64,000 nt of DNA from Octopus vulgaris (GCA_951406725.2 OX597819.1:80352001-80416000); one strand, 5' to 3'. Numbered from the stretch's first letter, positions 39,401 to 55,091 are shown. Translations and numbers: made by a program. Notes: generated from the letters alone by a model not told the origin.

Positions 39401-40659
39401 AATTAATTTTCCCAGTGATATTCATGTTATAAAATGACAAAGCTTTCCGATGGATTTTTTTCGAATTAACGAAAAGGAATGCAAGCAACACTGCCAGTTC
39501 TTATACAAGAAAATAAGAACTTCTAGAAACACCCTGCAAAAAATGTATACATTAAAAACATCTGAAGAGAAATACGTTAAGGAATAAATATGAATCGTAG
39601 TTTATGAAAAGTGAAAAGAAAACGAAAGCAAAATTACCCTTCATCCTATCAATCGTATTATTTGATAGGATGAAGACGAAGCATGGAAACAGGTGAAATA
39701 TATTTTAGAGTTTTGGTGATTGGGACGAAGAAAAATCGAGGATAGGGATAGAAATTATGGTTAACAGTATCGACAGGAAATCGAAAACATGACCAAAATT
39801 TTCAATAAAGTAAAGCATTAGCAAATTAAGTATATTTTGCAAAGACTATTTCATTTTTAAAGTAACCGCTACAAGACAGACTAGATTTCATTAGTATTGA
39901 TATGAGACCCTCTATGATAATGTTAACAGCGATTAATAAATGCATTATACAATAGAATAAGGTATCGTCAATTTAACAAATAAACGCATGCCTGTACGCT
40001 TTGTCCACAACCTCTAAGCAGTATCTCGAAGATAGAAATGAAATAAATGAAAAGAAAGCAACAAAAAGAAATGACATCACAGAGAAGATGTTTGTAAAAA
40101 GTTCGGTGATCTGCAAAAGGACTCTCAGTTATGTGGCAATACATATCATAATCAAACAGATAACTATATTCCTCTGACAAAAAATTGGACAATAAGCTAC
40201 AAATATTGTTTAAAGAAGGTAGAAACCGGGTGCCTAAGTATAAATTGTTCACTTTTCAATCAGAAGTTTCCTGGAGAGAAAACCCTGCACTAGAAGTCAG
40301 TAATTGGAAGAAAAATGGTTAACAAGAAATTCCAATCAAAATCAACCGGCAGTTATAGAAATTACGAGGGAAGACTCAATAAATGTCACTGTGGGTCCTT
40401 TTCGGGAGGAATGAGATTCATGCTGAAAAAACAATACTTACCCAGGTGTAGAGATATACTTAAAGCCAGCAATTGAATCTCCTCAGCGAAGCATATTTTC
40501 TCAGATGACTATACTAAAAGTAGTCTGTATATAGAAGTATAGGAAATATAATAGTGACGTTCCTTATGAATATCAACAATATTAATATTTTTTGTATTCT
40601 AGGCACAAGGTCCGAAATTTGGGGTGAGGGGAGTCATTCGATTAGATCGAACCCAGTAC

Positions 40660-41097
40660 GCTTTTGAACCAAGCTTTGAAGGAAAACGACCCGCTTTAGT
40701 GAATCGAAAAGGAGTGATGTTTCATCAGGACAATACGCGACTCCACACTGCAAAGATCACATCACAGAAGATCGAAGAGCATTGTTGGGGAAAAAATTCC
40801 TCATCCACCTTATTCTCCCGACCTTGCTCCTCAGTCTACCATTTGTTTCGTAGTTTACAGAATCATTTGGGGGACATAACTTTCGCAAGCCAGGAGGCGG
40901 TCGAAACTGACATTTCAGAGTTCTTAGCTCAGAAACCATAAGAGTGTTACATTGATGGGATCAAAAAGCTTGTAAACAGATGAAGTCATAGATAGTCAGG
41001 GAAAGGACATTGATGATTACATTTCAATTAAATATAACATTTGATCACTTGTTTTCTTTATTCAAAATTCGGACAGAACTTCTGAAATGACCTGATA
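40660..41097 (+). mobile_element. Mariner transposase 3' fragment with right TIR
   Basis: KRPALVNRKGVMFHQDNTRLHTAK...PHPPYSPDLAP...YHLFRSLQNHL...YIDGIKKLVNR; ends CGGACAGAACTTCTGAAATGACCTGATA. Confidence 0.9.
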
Positions 41098-41149
41098 ATA
41101 TAGTCCAGCATGATTTTGTTCTGATGAACTGATAAAATTCCCTGAGACT

Positions 41150-41900
41150 GTACATTAGTCGTCATTCAGTGGAATACTCCGAGGAGCTTGTCCAACTCTC
41201 GTAATGCTATTTAGATTTTTATGCAAAATTGATCTATGAATACATTTGCAGTACTTCCGTGGATGCTGTCTATGTGATATGATCTGTAATCGCAAATTGA
41301 ACAAATATTAAGTCTACATCCCCTCGTTTTTAATCTAAGTAAAAGCCGTCAATATCACTATTGATGTGAACATTTCTGAAAGTCTTTAGCAGTTATCATG
41401 TTTAATGTCAATGGCCTGAATCTCATCCAGCGTCCAAATGAGTTGCTCAAATGTTAGCATGAGTACAGCAAAAATATTGTGGGTCATTAATTTATTGTTT
41501 ATAGAGAGCTATGACAATCATATATATATTTGTTACCTCAGAGTAATATTTACTGCGTGCATATCTCTTGTCCCTGTGCTGTTATATATATTTTCGACTA
41601 TCCTTAAGCACAGATATATAATGAGGCAATTAATAAATATGTGGCTTGATAGACCTGTTGCTTTCATTTCTCAGCCAAGTAGAAATATATTTTCATCAAA
41701 CTTCATTCCTATATTATTTGAGAATGTCTTGACTTGGTTAAGGCTCTCCTTTATATCGTTCATATTTTTGACGTCTAACTTGAGGACGCTTACGATTATT
41801 GTTTTTCCAACAATAAGGCTAAGTGGTCCGTTATAAACATAAGCAGTATCACAGAGAGAATGTCTCTTTGAAATGTGCTCAGCGATATCATATTTTATGA
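41150..41900 (-). mobile_element. Decayed R4/Dong-type RT C-terminal fragment
   Basis: Hand translation of minus strand: VLKLDVKNMNDIKESLNQVKTFSNNIGMKFDEN; FAVLMLTFEQLIWTLDEIQAIDIK; VHINSDIDGFYLD*KRG (cf. WT..EL..IDRK...HP.SD.DRLYL.R..GGRGL). Confidence 0.7.
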
Positions 41901-42371
41901 GACAATGGTGACTCGGGATAAAGCCAGATCGCTTATGGTTTTAATTACTGGAAGGATATTTGGTCTCTGGAACTTTGTTAAACTGTAGCGTCTCTCGTAT
42001 ACAAAAGAGAAAAGAACGCAACCATATTCTATTTTTGATTTAAGAAATTAAGCGGTACATTTCGAAACTCCTTTCTTCTTAGCTGCTTCTTCATCTATAA
42101 TGATATTGTTAAGTATAGGTTCAGACAGGCTGTATACATTTACTACATTAGATTCCGACGTTCAACTTACAGGTAGTTCTCGCTCAAGTTAGTTATAGCT
42201 TCCATTTTGTTTTGCTTTCTTTAGGGGAGTGGGTCAGACTAGTTTCTGCCAATAATGCTATAGCTTGTTATAATTTTATCCCCACCGAGAGCTAACTTTT
42301 CGTATGAATGTGACTATCAGTCTATAAATATATAAATATGTGATAATCTACGTGTAACTATGAGTGAATTT

Positions 42372-42407
<36 letters not shown>

Positions 42408-42872
42408 GTATATCCTTAATTAAACTAACTTTTCGAAGAACGTCTGGCGTCTGCATTCCCTGTGTTACGGTATTGCTCAACCATCTTCAAGAACTTGTAG
42501 CCAAGATGCTGGAGGACAAAGCAATAACTACGAACTTTTTGATCTATGACTGAGCAACCACCAGACTTCAAAAGATGGGGAAGAAACCACGCGAGGGATT
42601 TACTGCAATCATTACTGTAGGTAAGGCACCAGTATGGCGGCGGGCTTGATGCCTTAAACAACCGGAAGAACTAAAAAAGAAATTAACATGTGTACATTTA
42701 TCTATGCATATACATATACATACATATATATACATATATGTATATATATATACATATATATATATATGCATACACACACACACATATATATATCTATGTA
42801 TGTATATATGCATGTATATATGCATTTATGTGTACATATGTGTATGTTTATGTATATTTTAGTACATATGTA

Positions 42873-42930
<58 letters not shown>

Positions 42931-43445
42931 GTTACACAGAGATATTTTTATTACCCTGAGTATGAGAAACAATTATGATGGGCAAATTTTAATAATATAC
43001 ATCATAAAAGTTCTGATAATCGAGAGGTTGATTGTGTGCATGTGCGGGTGTGTGTCTATGTGTGTGTATATATATATATATGAGTGTGTGTATGTTCCGT
43101 TATACATACACATAAACACATTCCCCACAGACGCATGCGTTGTTTTGTTTTCTCGTAGTCTATGTTATACTTAAACTACAGTTTCATGGCAGATGATATA
43201 AGTACAATAATACGGACGGGAATATATATGGGTTTCTATATAAGGAATTTTGTCGTAGAATTCAAAATACAATTCTCATTATATATATATAAAAGTAAAT
43301 TTATATAAACTAAGATTGTTTCGGACAGAAAATGGCGCACAGCATGTCTGACGTAGTAACACCACCCGATAGAGTCCGTTGATCATTTTAAGTCAAGTTT
43401 TGTTGTATTATTTCCCATTCAAGTATATATAGCTAGCTAGCTAGC

Positions 43446-43524
<79 letters not shown>

Positions 43525-43550
43525 AAAGATAGATAGATAGATAAAAAGAT

Positions 43551-43607
<57 letters not shown>

Positions 43608-43632
43608 TGGATATAGATATAAACAGATAGAC

Positions 43633-43677
<45 letters not shown>

Positions 43678-43679
<2 letters not shown>

Positions 43680-43800
43680 TGGAGACGCGTGGCATAGTGG
43701 TTAGGATGTCAGCATCATGATCGTAAGATTGTGGACCGGGCAATGCGTTGTGTTCTTGAGCAAAACACTTCATTTCACGTTGCTCCAGTCCAGTCACCTG
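43678..43800 (+). mobile_element. SINE family C, 5' part
   Basis: Aligns to 4867-5000 with the B-box segment deleted. Confidence 0.8.
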
Positions 43801-44277
43801 ACCACTACGAAAAATTGTTCTCAAGGAATTTCGGTAGACGCCAGAACGTAAAGCGAGCAAGACAAATGAAAAGATAATTTTGTATCTTTTCATTTGTCTT
43901 ATGTAAACATGTACGCATAATTTCTTCCATACTGAAATTAATACCACATGAAGAAAGTGGAAAAACGACCGTAACCCTATGGAAGTCATGTGGTTAAGAC
44001 ATGACTTCTTATACCTTCTAACTTTATAGCGAGTGTGTGTGTGTGTGTATGCATATATCCTTTATCCTTATATATATGCATATATCCTTTATCCTTTACA
44101 TGTTACACACACACACACGCCCACACACACCACATCCTTTACTTGTTACAGTCATTCGACTGCATCCATGCTGGGGCATCGCATTGAAGGATCTTTAGGT
44201 CAACGAATCGACCGCATAACACACGCGCGCACACACATATCCGCATGTATAAATATATACATACATACATACATACA

Positions 44278-44313
<36 letters not shown>

Positions 44314-44322
44314 TATACACGC

Positions 44323-44372
<50 letters not shown>

Positions 44373-44377
44373 GCAAA

Positions 44378-45015
44378 CTAGATCACTAAGAATTTTTCTA
44401 TATTGGACGAAAGACGAAAGCAGTATTTATACTGATAAGTAATATTTATCACCACTTAAAAATAGGTGTACTCTTAGAACAGATACTACTATTATTTTAA
44501 CCCCAGGAGGACGCTTCTTCCAGTTGTTTATTCAGTGGGCTCTGCACTCGATATATATTGCAAGCGGGGAGAGAACCCTCTACCATTTCAGCTATCGAGA
44601 CCACCCCACCGTGCGGTTTCTACCTTATTATGGTAATTTCCGTTGATGGATACTTGTCTGCTAGAGATAACAGTAGTCCACGCTAGTTTGATATATATAG
44701 AAAATAAGTGACACACAGTCACTGATCTTGCAACAAACATACTACTAGCTTACTAAAAAAATCTTTATAAGAATCGAAAGCAGTATTTTTACTGAGAGAT
44801 AATGTTTATCGCCATCTAAACATGGGTTTTTTCTAAGAACTGACGATCCTGCTGTTTTAACCCTAGGAGGAGCTGGTTAGTCAGTGCGTTCCACATTTGA
44901 TATATATTGCAAGCCGGGAGAAAACCCTCTACTATTTCAGCTATCGAGACACCAGACCGCGTGGTTTCCACCTTATTATGGTCATCTTCCGTGATGGATA
45001 CTTTTCTGCCAGACA
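44378..45015. repeat. Diverged tandem duplication, period about 360 bp
   Basis: GAAAGCAGTATTT at about 44416 and 44776; ATTTCAGCTATCGAGAC at about 44585 and 44934; GATGGATACTT.TCTGC.AGA in both copies. Confidence 0.8.
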
Positions 45016-47587
45016 ATGACCATAATAAGGCATTTAGTGCATAAAATCTGCTTATTTGCGACACCAGTAGCTGATATTCCTTATATCGTAGCAGTGAGAT
45101 TTGACTGGTATGAGGTGACCGGACGCCTCCCACTGATGATTTTCGGTAGACTGAAATCATGTCATGTGGGAGTTCAGGCGCTCACAACAGATGGTTCTTA
45201 TTTGCTACAATATATGTGTGCGCTTTTTTTGTTTTTTACACCCAGTGCCTATATGAGAGGATCTCTCAAGACTAATAAGGTAATATTCTGTGTTCTAATA
45301 ATACATCTAAGTTAAGTTGGCTATAAAGACCGATATTATTTTTCTGAGAGTATATATATATAAGAATAGAAGAAAAGAGAAGCACATAGCAAGAAGCAGA
45401 CATCAAAATTCTCGAAAGATCAGAAAAAAAAAAGAGAATAGTTGGCTCAATCCATCGTCTTGTTTAACGCTGGCATATTGTCAAACAGAGTCTTCTCCGT
45501 TGCAAGCATTCGGATGAGGTCTCAGCTTTGAGGAAAACCTAAGTTCTAGGGATTTTTTTCTCTGACCGTCAGTTTCAAAAGATCTATAAGCTATCAAGAG
45601 TACTGTCTTTCCTTTGCAGAAATGGTAAACAGTTTTTCGAAATATGTCGTTCAAAGAAATAGATTGAGAAAGAGAATAAAAGAGCAGCTGAGGAGATGAT
45701 AGGAGTTAGGACAGGAAAGAATGAAAAATGGATGGAATGAAATATTGAAAAAAATGGAATAGTGGAAATAAGGAGAAACAGAAAGTGAGAGACAAAGAAA
45801 GAAGGAAAGATAGATTCTAAAAATTTATGGATAAACTGTTGCATAAATGAATGAAGACGAACGCAAAGAAAGAAAACAAAGAAAAGACAGAAACAAACAA
45901 AAGAAAGAAAGAACGAAAGAAAGAATAAATGACAAAAGAAAGAAAGAGAGAAAACGAAAGAAAGAATAAATGAAAAAAGAAAACCAGATATAAAGAATGA
46001 AGTGAATGACATAAAGAAAGAAGGAAAGTAAAAAGAAAGAACTAAAATAAAATTGAAAAACAAACAAAATAAAATTGAAAGAAAACAAGGAGAACGAACT
46101 AATGTAAGAGAGAGAGAGAGATAGAAAGAGAGAGAGATAAAGGGAGAGAGAGAGAAAGAGAGAGAGAGAGAAAGAAAGAGAAAGAGAGAGCAATAAATAA
46201 CTAAATAAATAACAAAGCCAGTGAAAGGCGTAAAAAAGAAGGAAGTTTACGAAAGAAAGACTAAAGAGGGAGAAATAAAGGAGTAAGAATGGAAAGAAAG
46301 AAAGAAAGAAATTGAAAGAGCATAAATAACGAATGGAAGGAAGAAAGAAAAGCTTTCATAAGGAAAAAATATGAAAAGAGATTATATAAATATATACATA
46401 TGAAAGAGAGAAATAGAGAAAATAGCTAACGAGAAAGGAACAGAAATATATTTGAAAAAAAAAAAAATGAGAAAAAGACGAAAGGAAATCCTTAAAAAAA
46501 TATATACTTTAAAACAAAACGTATTTTCAGAGGCGAAAACTGAAAGAAAATATCAGTGAAAGAGGTTGATGATGGTTTTACTGGGATGATAGTGTAGGAT
46601 GGTGGTGGCATAGGGTAGGTAGTGGAGCAGGCTGATGAGATGTTGGAATGTTGGGACTTTGAGATGTTGAAGAACAACAACAAAGCACAAAAACAAAGAG
46701 AGATAGCGAACGGGTGAGAAAAGCGATGCACATAGAAAGAGAATTAGAGTTATCTATTTTGCGTCAAATGTTATTGTATTTCGTGAATAAATCCATCGTA
46801 TTGACAGGATATCGCTGTTGACACGAATCTCTGGTGGTTTAGTGACTGTTTATATATTTGTAAAGAAATAAAATATAGATTAGTCTCCCAGAGAAGAGGT
46901 TGGGGTGGGTGGTGAGAAAGGACAATGCCATGTATTTATTTATTTAGTTATTTTTATTTCATTTATTTTATTTATTTATTCTATTGTATTTGTGTTTTTT
47001 TATATGTATATATTTGTTTGTATTTTTATATTCCTTTTCCGTTTTCTTTTGATAAGTTCGACGAAATGAGAAGTAACAATTTACAGTGAAAGGAAATAAA
47101 AATAACTTGATAAGTGTGTGTATGTGTGTGAGTGCACGTGTGTGAGTGTGTGTGTGAGTGTGTGTGTGAGTGTGTGTGTGAGTATGCGTGCGCGTAAGTG
47201 TGTGGCCGTGTGTGTACTTGCATTCGTAGTTATGTGTGTGTATGTATATGGATGCATACATAAATATGTATATATATTTATAAATATGCGTGTAAATATA
47301 TACATGCATACACACGAGCGCGCGCATTATATATACACACACGCGCGCACGAACACACACACACACACACACATACACACACACATATATATATATATTT
47401 ATATATATATGGAAAAACTATAGTTCTACGCACATTTGCCGGTATTTTAATATACCTGAAGACAAGCACACATACACACATCCACATACACCGTGCGCGC
47501 GCGAGCACACACACACACACACAAAGCCATACATTTACACACAAATGTGTGTGAGTGCATATGCATTCGATATATACATAATGTATT

Positions 47588-47661
<74 letters not shown>

Positions 47662-47761
47662 TGGATAGAATGATTTATAGGTACATACGCACACATGCAC
47701 ATTTATATATATATACATATATATGTTATACGAGTATATATAAGTGTATGTGTGTATATAG

Positions 47762-47792
<31 letters not shown>

Positions 47793-48252
47793 TGTATGTA
47801 TGCATGCAAATTATAACTTATATACACATGCACATAAACATTTGTGTCGCTACGTCTTTAGAATTTATCACTTATGAATTATGGATTTGTATGCAGGTCT
47901 ATACATGTTTAATTCTAAAGATGTATAAAATGCACATATAGCATCTATGACTGTGTCAGCAGCAGCATCGGCTGTCTTGGATGCTTGTTTAGCTGTTAAT
48001 ACTTAAGTCACTGTAAACTGACGAAAAGTGATGTATATATTAGAATTCCTGGTTATGTAAGATTTTACACGTGTACTGTCTCTGAACAGGAATTGGAAAA
48101 CCAAATATTTTGTATAACAAAGGAAGGAAGGAATGAAAAATCAAAACGTTCTGACCTCTTCTTCTTAAACATCATCATCATTATTATTCTTACCGTCATT
48201 AATATTCATCATCATAATAATTGTATGGGTTGTTATTATTGATCGATAGATA

Positions 48253-48760
48253 TACAGCGTGTCCATAAATTATCTTTACAATTTGGATAATTTAGAAAAA
48301 GGTGAAAACTAAAGAGACTAGACTTCTAAAGATAAGTCCGCAGAGTTTATTGGAAAACATAGAGAGACAAATGAAGTTTTATTAGAAATGTCAATACGCT
48401 TCCATGAGGGCCCCATTGATTGCTCGAAACATATCGAGACAAGGCTTAATTTCTGACAACGTGTGTTGGAGAATTCCCACATCAATGTTGGCGTATGGTT
48501 TCCTTGAAGACATTGTATAATAGAGTTTGACTTTAATGTAGTCACCATTAAAAGAAGTCTAGAGGGGTTATATCTAGTGACTTATGTTGCCAGGAAACTG
48601 GACCACCTCAACCAATCCGCCGCTTTTGGAATGTTTCAATTCGAAACTCTCGAACATTCAGCATCCAGCGCTGCGGTGCGCCATCTTGATTTAAGATGCT
48701 TTAAAATAACAGTTGGTTGCTAGACGTTGATTGATGCAACTCAAATTTAATAAACACAAT
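48253..48760 (-). mobile_element. Internally deleted Tc1/mariner-superfamily relic
   Basis: Terminus TACAGCGTGTCCATAAA; minus strand near 48540-48592 reads WQHKSLDITPLDFF*W (cf. WPPRSPDLTPLDFFLWG). Confidence 0.65.
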
Positions 48761-48772
48761 AAATTGTCGATG

Positions 48773-48821
<49 letters not shown>

Positions 48822-48864
48822 CACTACACACACACATATATATACTCATCTACATACACATACA

Positions 48865-49087
48865 CATACATGATAGATCGCTAGCCACTACACATTCTTT
48901 ATTTTCTCTCTTTATTTTCTCTTTATTTTCTCTCCTTGTTTCTTTCTGTGTTCCTTTCTGTGGAAGAGCTTAGGCTCGAAACGTTTAAGACTTTTTCACT
49001 TCCCTAGCGTTATACTAATACATCTATTTGTTGTCTACACCACCTGTCTTCGTCTTTTGTTTGTCTTTTTTTTGTGAATTGTCCCTA

Positions 49088-49088
<1 letters not shown>
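48865..49088 (+). mobile_element. Solo Penelope pLTR with variant hammerhead at 48953-48990
   Basis: AGATCGCTAGCCACTACACATT...CTTT-CTGTGGA-A-GAGC-TTAG-GCTC-GAAACGTTTAAGA...CACCTGTCTTCGTCTTTTGTTT aligns with 59018-59230; ends at (TA)n. Confidence 0.8.
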
Positions 49089-49131
<43 letters not shown>

Positions 49132-50127
49132 AACGTTCACATATCCATCCATATATATTATATAACAGAAGTATTTGTAGAATACATTATATGTATATAG
49201 CGCAAATAGTATATATAATATACCATGTATATATAGTAGTGTAACCATCTACAATAGGTGTTATACTGCAATGAAAGAAAAGCCGGCTTAGAGAACCCGT
49301 CAAAATAGTTTGCAGCAACTAGTTGCTTCACTTAGCGTTCTGATTTCAAATTCTGTCAAAATCGTGTTTATTCATAAATATAAAGTACCCGTGAATTATT
49401 TAGAATAAAATGTATTCAGCTGTTCTTTTCTTCTCAATCGTGGGCATCCCTCCGTTGAAACCACTATAACGTTGGTGCTCATGTCCTTACAGTACAAAGT
49501 TTGATTCACATCGTCCACAGAGTAGCCATTTTGTCTGTTTTTATGAGAGTATACATTGTCTAATATGGTTGTTCAGTTCTAATTTTTTACAGTAACGAAT
49601 TTTTTCACTTGCCACTCGTAGGTCTTGTTTGAATGGGATCTGTTAGCTTGAGGGTTTTCTTCGGTGACAATTTTTATACAAGTCTGGTGAATCTGTCTTG
49701 CAATCGTAGCTAATAGTTCGTCAACTAACATTTTGTATTTGATAGTGTCCAAAAGTCCAAATTTTTCCTGAGTCCGTTGATGCTATTTTAGAGTGATGTA
49801 TTCCATTTTGGTCCTATACCATCTCTTCGATCGGTCTCTCATACGCCATTCAGTTGGCATGCAGTTCCTGCGGCACAGTATGATATATAGAACATTTATT
49901 ATCTAAAAGTGATAAGTTTCACTTTACGCTAATAGTTTTCTTGTAATTTCGTCGGGCGCTGATAAAATCGAAGGCATTATTCTCAAACCGGAAACCTGGC
50001 CCAGTTGCTTGCAAGGGAGGAAATAAACCCCACTAAACATACCCAAGTGCTGGGAGTTAAACCGGGTGCTGTGTTGGTTGGCCAAAAACATCCGTTCGGT
50101 TTTTAATAGAAAATAAGGTACAACTTT

Positions 50128-50536
50128 TATTCTTTTATTTGTTTCAGTCCTTTGACTGCGGCCATGCTGGAACACCGCCTTTTGTTGAACAAATCGACCC
50201 CAGAACTTATTTTTTGTAAGCCTAGTACTTATTTTAACGGTCTCTTTTGTCGAACCGCTAAGTTACGTGGACGTAAGCACACCAACATCAGTTGTCAAGC
50301 GATGATGGGGGAACAAACACAGGCACACAAACACACACAACACGCGTGCACACACACACACACATGTATACACGACGGGTTTCTTTAAGTTTCCAGCTAC
50401 CAAGTCCATTCACAAAGCCTTGGTCAGCTCGAGACTATAGTAGAAGACACTTTCTCAAGGTGTCACGCAATGGGACTGAAGTCGAAACCATGTGGTTGGT
50501 AAGCAAGCTTCTTACCACACAGACACTTCTGCGCCT
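50128..50536 (-). mobile_element. SINE family A, full length
   Basis: Head, short internal (TG)n, body and LINE-like tail colinear with 15745-16228. Confidence 0.85.
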
Positions 50537-50696
50537 AGCTACCTTAAACACAAAATAAATAGTATAATTAGCGTTTCGTTCCTCTCTTTACTGGCGAAGC
50601 CTCTTCCACGGTAGTTTTTACAGCCTTTTCAATGTTGAAGTTCTGCGCATTCAGTGAAATTTGAAGAGACCGAAAGTGATGCAAATACGGATACTT

Positions 50697-50768
<72 letters not shown>

Positions 50769-50851
50769 ACACACATACACACACACACATACGTGTTTAT
50801 ATACTTATATATGCATGCATACATACATACATACATACATACATACATACA

Positions 50852-50882
<31 letters not shown>

Positions 50883-51823
50883 CGATAACAACGCTCAGGC
50901 ATTCCACTTCTACAGAATATCCTCATTCAGTTTCAAAAGTGATTATTTTAATTCCAGATACATTTGTATTTTTTGCGTAATTTTCGCGAACATTTGGTGT
51001 TGGAAACAGGGTTCATACAAATCGGAGGGGGCTTTCACGAAAATTAACGTTCGTTCAGCTCAATTTCAGTGGGGAATTAGATAAACTGAAACTGGGTCTA
51101 TTGTAGAACTTCGTATCGAAGACCTAGAAAAATAATGTACTCCATGTCCCACAGATATGACTTCGTCGTTTCGAACCTACGGCCTCATATTTAAAAAGAA
51201 CACTTTGAAACTATACAACTACAAACACAGAGACAGAGAGACAGCTAGACAGACAGATAGACACACACACATATATACACAGGCAATCACAAATACAGAC
51301 GCACAAACGTAGCAAAAACAAACATGAGCGATTGAGTACATGCATAAAAGACTGTGTACGCGTTTGTATATGGTTTGCCTTGTGTATCAAGAAAGAATTG
51401 GCTTGTTACATTTTGGGGGCAGAACACAAACTACAAGATAATAAAAGATGATTCACACATGTTTATGGTCATTCTACTGACCCATAAACATTTTATGCCA
51501 ACCTATACATATATAAGAATTATATATATATATACGCATATATACATGGATGAGTGTACATAGCATATATATGAATGTATGTCTTAATGTATGTGTATTA
51601 TGCATGTAGATATATACTATATACATCAATTCATGCATACATAAATACAAAAACACACACACATAGACACACAGCATTGTTTCTAAGACTATAATCATAA
51701 ATAATTGACGAGGCCCCTGGCAATCTATACTCTAACTTCAGCGATGAAAATTAGGAAGAAATAGATGATATACATTCATACATGCATACATAAATATATA
51801 GACACACCCACAAACACACACAC

Positions 51824-51905
<82 letters not shown>

Positions 51906-52070
51906 ATGTGTGTGTGTGTGTTTTGAGCAGTGTATTTATAGTGATTAGTATGTCTAGAACAGTTATTATCACGTATATGACTATTATGAACATAAAAAAG
52001 GTTATCGTATACGTTTGTTAGGTTTCGTCAGTCTTATTCGGCACATTTATGTATCTATCATTTGGCTATC

Positions 52071-52196
<126 letters not shown>

Positions 52197-52695
52197 TATG
52201 TATATATATATAAACAAGTTTATTTAAAAAGACACATACAAACACACACATGTATGTATAGATATATATATGTACATATGTAAGTATCCATGTGTGGGTG
52301 GATGTGTATGTGTATATGTATGTAAAATTTCCATAAGCGTAGTTACATTAACTAAGAATACATACTTGCATATATATGTTTATTTATCTCTTTGTATTGT
52401 GTGTTTGTGTGAGTGAATATGTGTATGTGTATGCACATATGCGTGTGCAAGTGTGTATGCATTTGAACATATGCCTATCCAATAGCAGTTTTTCAAAGAG
52501 TATAACCACTACTTGATATCATATCCCCCGTTGCTGAGTCGTCTCTAAAGGTCCCTCGAATCACACCACATCCAGTCTTTCAACTCCCAACCGCCTGATT
52601 TATTCCCGTCCCTTATATAATTATGTTTTTGACGTAGCGGTTCCACATTGGTGATGGAATTCATAGGGAGATATACAGTCTTGTAATTAAATATT

Positions 52696-52775
<80 letters not shown>

Positions 52776-52941
52776 TTGATACCATTGGTCATTGGAAATT
52801 AAAATATGTCCTTTTATTATATCGACGTCATTTTATTCATAATGTGTATATTGCAATATATGTGGCAGCATTTTCTAAACGTCTTAATCTTAGCAAGAGA
52901 TTTTACACTCATGTACACACACACATGCTCTCTCTCTCTCC

Positions 52942-52992
<51 letters not shown>

Positions 52993-53278
52993 GCTCAAAC
53001 TCACATGCATAAACATAGGTATAAATGCACACATGTACATGTATACATGTACATGTATACATGTACATGTATACATGTACATATATGCATATATATGAAA
53101 GGCAAAGAGATATATAAAAATGTATGTATATATATATATGTGGATAATGTATGTATCTGATGATGAATCTCAATGTAGAAATGAAGCTAGACGGAATAAT
53201 ATTTTTCTGGCCACAGGGATATATAAAGAAAATCAGCTCACATTTGTTTGTGCTTGCCTCATGACTTTCAAGGCAACA

Positions 53279-53318
<40 letters not shown>

Positions 53319-53389
53319 CATACATACATACATACATACATACATACATACATACATACATACTTATATACATTTTGTTTGATAGATAG

Positions 53390-53459
<70 letters not shown>

Positions 53460-53462
<3 letters not shown>

Positions 53463-53688
53463 TACCGGACTCCCCTCTCCACGCCACCAGTGTTATCCAA
53501 GGAAAAAGCAAAGGCCGATACAGCTCGGCACTTGTGACGTCGCAACTCATTTCTACAGCAGAGTGAACTGGAGCAATGTGAAATAAAGTGTCTTGCTCAA
53601 GAACACATCACGCAGCCCGGTCCGGGATTCGAGCTCACAACCTCACGATCGTAAGCCCGACGCTCCAACCACTGACCCATGCGCCTTC
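53460..53688 (-). mobile_element. tRNA/CORE-like SINE related to family C, with a different tail
   Basis: Minus strand GAAGGCGCATGGGTCAGTGGTT...GAGCTCGAATCCCGGACCGGG...GTGTTCTTGAGCAAGACACTTTATTTCACATTGCTCCAG. Confidence 0.8.
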
Positions 53689-53689
53689 A

Positions 53690-53729
<40 letters not shown>

Positions 53730-53737
53730 AATATATA

Positions 53738-54610
53738 TATATTTACAGTATTACCTGCTCTTTTTGCCCTTCTCTGTATATCCCTCAAACGGGATGCCGC
53801 TTGGTTGATCGGTTCGCGGAACACCTCCGAGACATTAGACTCGGCAATGATATGATACCTCGCTCTCGTGACATTTCCGCTCTACTGGTCATTCATTACA
53901 ACGCTTATCTGTGTTCGGATTGTCTTTGCGCAGGAGTCATCCGCCTTAGCCGTGAACAGGAATTAATCGTCTCTCTTCGCTCCTTTGCGCAACCTGGGCT
54001 CAACTCTCCTTCCCTCTTCACCTGACCCCGCTCCTCTCCTCTCTTTATCTGACACCTACTTTCTCTCTTCATTCCTACCCACCTTCTCCCTTCATTGATA
54101 CCCGTTTCATTGATACGCGCTTCGTTGATACCTTCTTTCATTGCTACCCCTCCATCTACACCCCCACACATCCGACTACCACATACCCCAACCCTCCAAC
54201 CCCGCATCCTCCTCCTACACCCTCGATCCTCATCCACACATTACTGACGCACACAGACACGCACATATCCACACGTCCAAGTCACTAGCCCCTGTCCACA
54301 CGAGCACACAAACTCTCAAAAAGGCAAACGCACGCGTACCTTGGTTTTGAGATCACCAGTACTTTATTATCTCCGTTTCTTCCTAGCTCTCCTGTCCAAC
54401 TACCTTTTTCCAACCAGCCGCCATGATTGACCTCTAAATCCACATCTTTTTTTTTATTCACTCTATTTATTTCTGCGTGTTCGGTTCTGTTGCAGAGCGT
54501 AGGCTCGAAACGTAAAAAGATGTTCTCACCTTCCCGAGGGGCAAACTAATACACCTGCTTGTCGTTTATACGCCTGTCTTCGTCTTTTGTTTTTCTGTAA
54601 ATTGCAACTT
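53738..54610 (+). mobile_element. 5'-truncated Penelope-like element (GIY-YIG end, 3' UTR, pLTR)
   Basis: IYSITCSFCPSLYIPQTGCRLVDRFAEHLRDI...REQELIVSLRSFAQPGLNSPSLFT* is paralogous to 57985-58275; decayed hammerhead at 54485-54520. Confidence 0.85.
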
Positions 54611-54750
54611 TCGTGTTTAGAATGTCGATTTGCAGCCATGAGTTTTTGCATTATGTACCACTTTCTTAGACAAGTCTCTTAAATTATAACCAAAGTGATC
54701 AAGGCCGTGTGAGTGAAATCGGTAGTCGGAAACTATGTAGAATCCCGTCG

Positions 54751-54797
<47 letters not shown>

Positions 54798-54932
54798 GAT
54801 TTGAAAACCCCACTACAATGGGAGAAAGCGCTAATACATGATCTAAGTTATATGATGTATAAAAAATGTAAAATACAAATAAATATCTGTAAATATAAAC
54901 CATCCGATTTTCTGAGTACCTCATTTCTTCTA

Positions 54933-55007
<75 letters not shown>

Positions 55008-55032
55008 CATATATATATATACATATACATAC

Positions 55033-55065
<33 letters not shown>

Positions 55066-55091
55066 TATATATATATGCACACACACACACA

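Noticed and set aside
42425-42661. Complex-sequence ORF or possible exon (AG/GTAAGG donor-like site near 42620)
   Set aside because: Stops in the plus-strand frames, no recognisable domain and no partner exons; may be a TE relic
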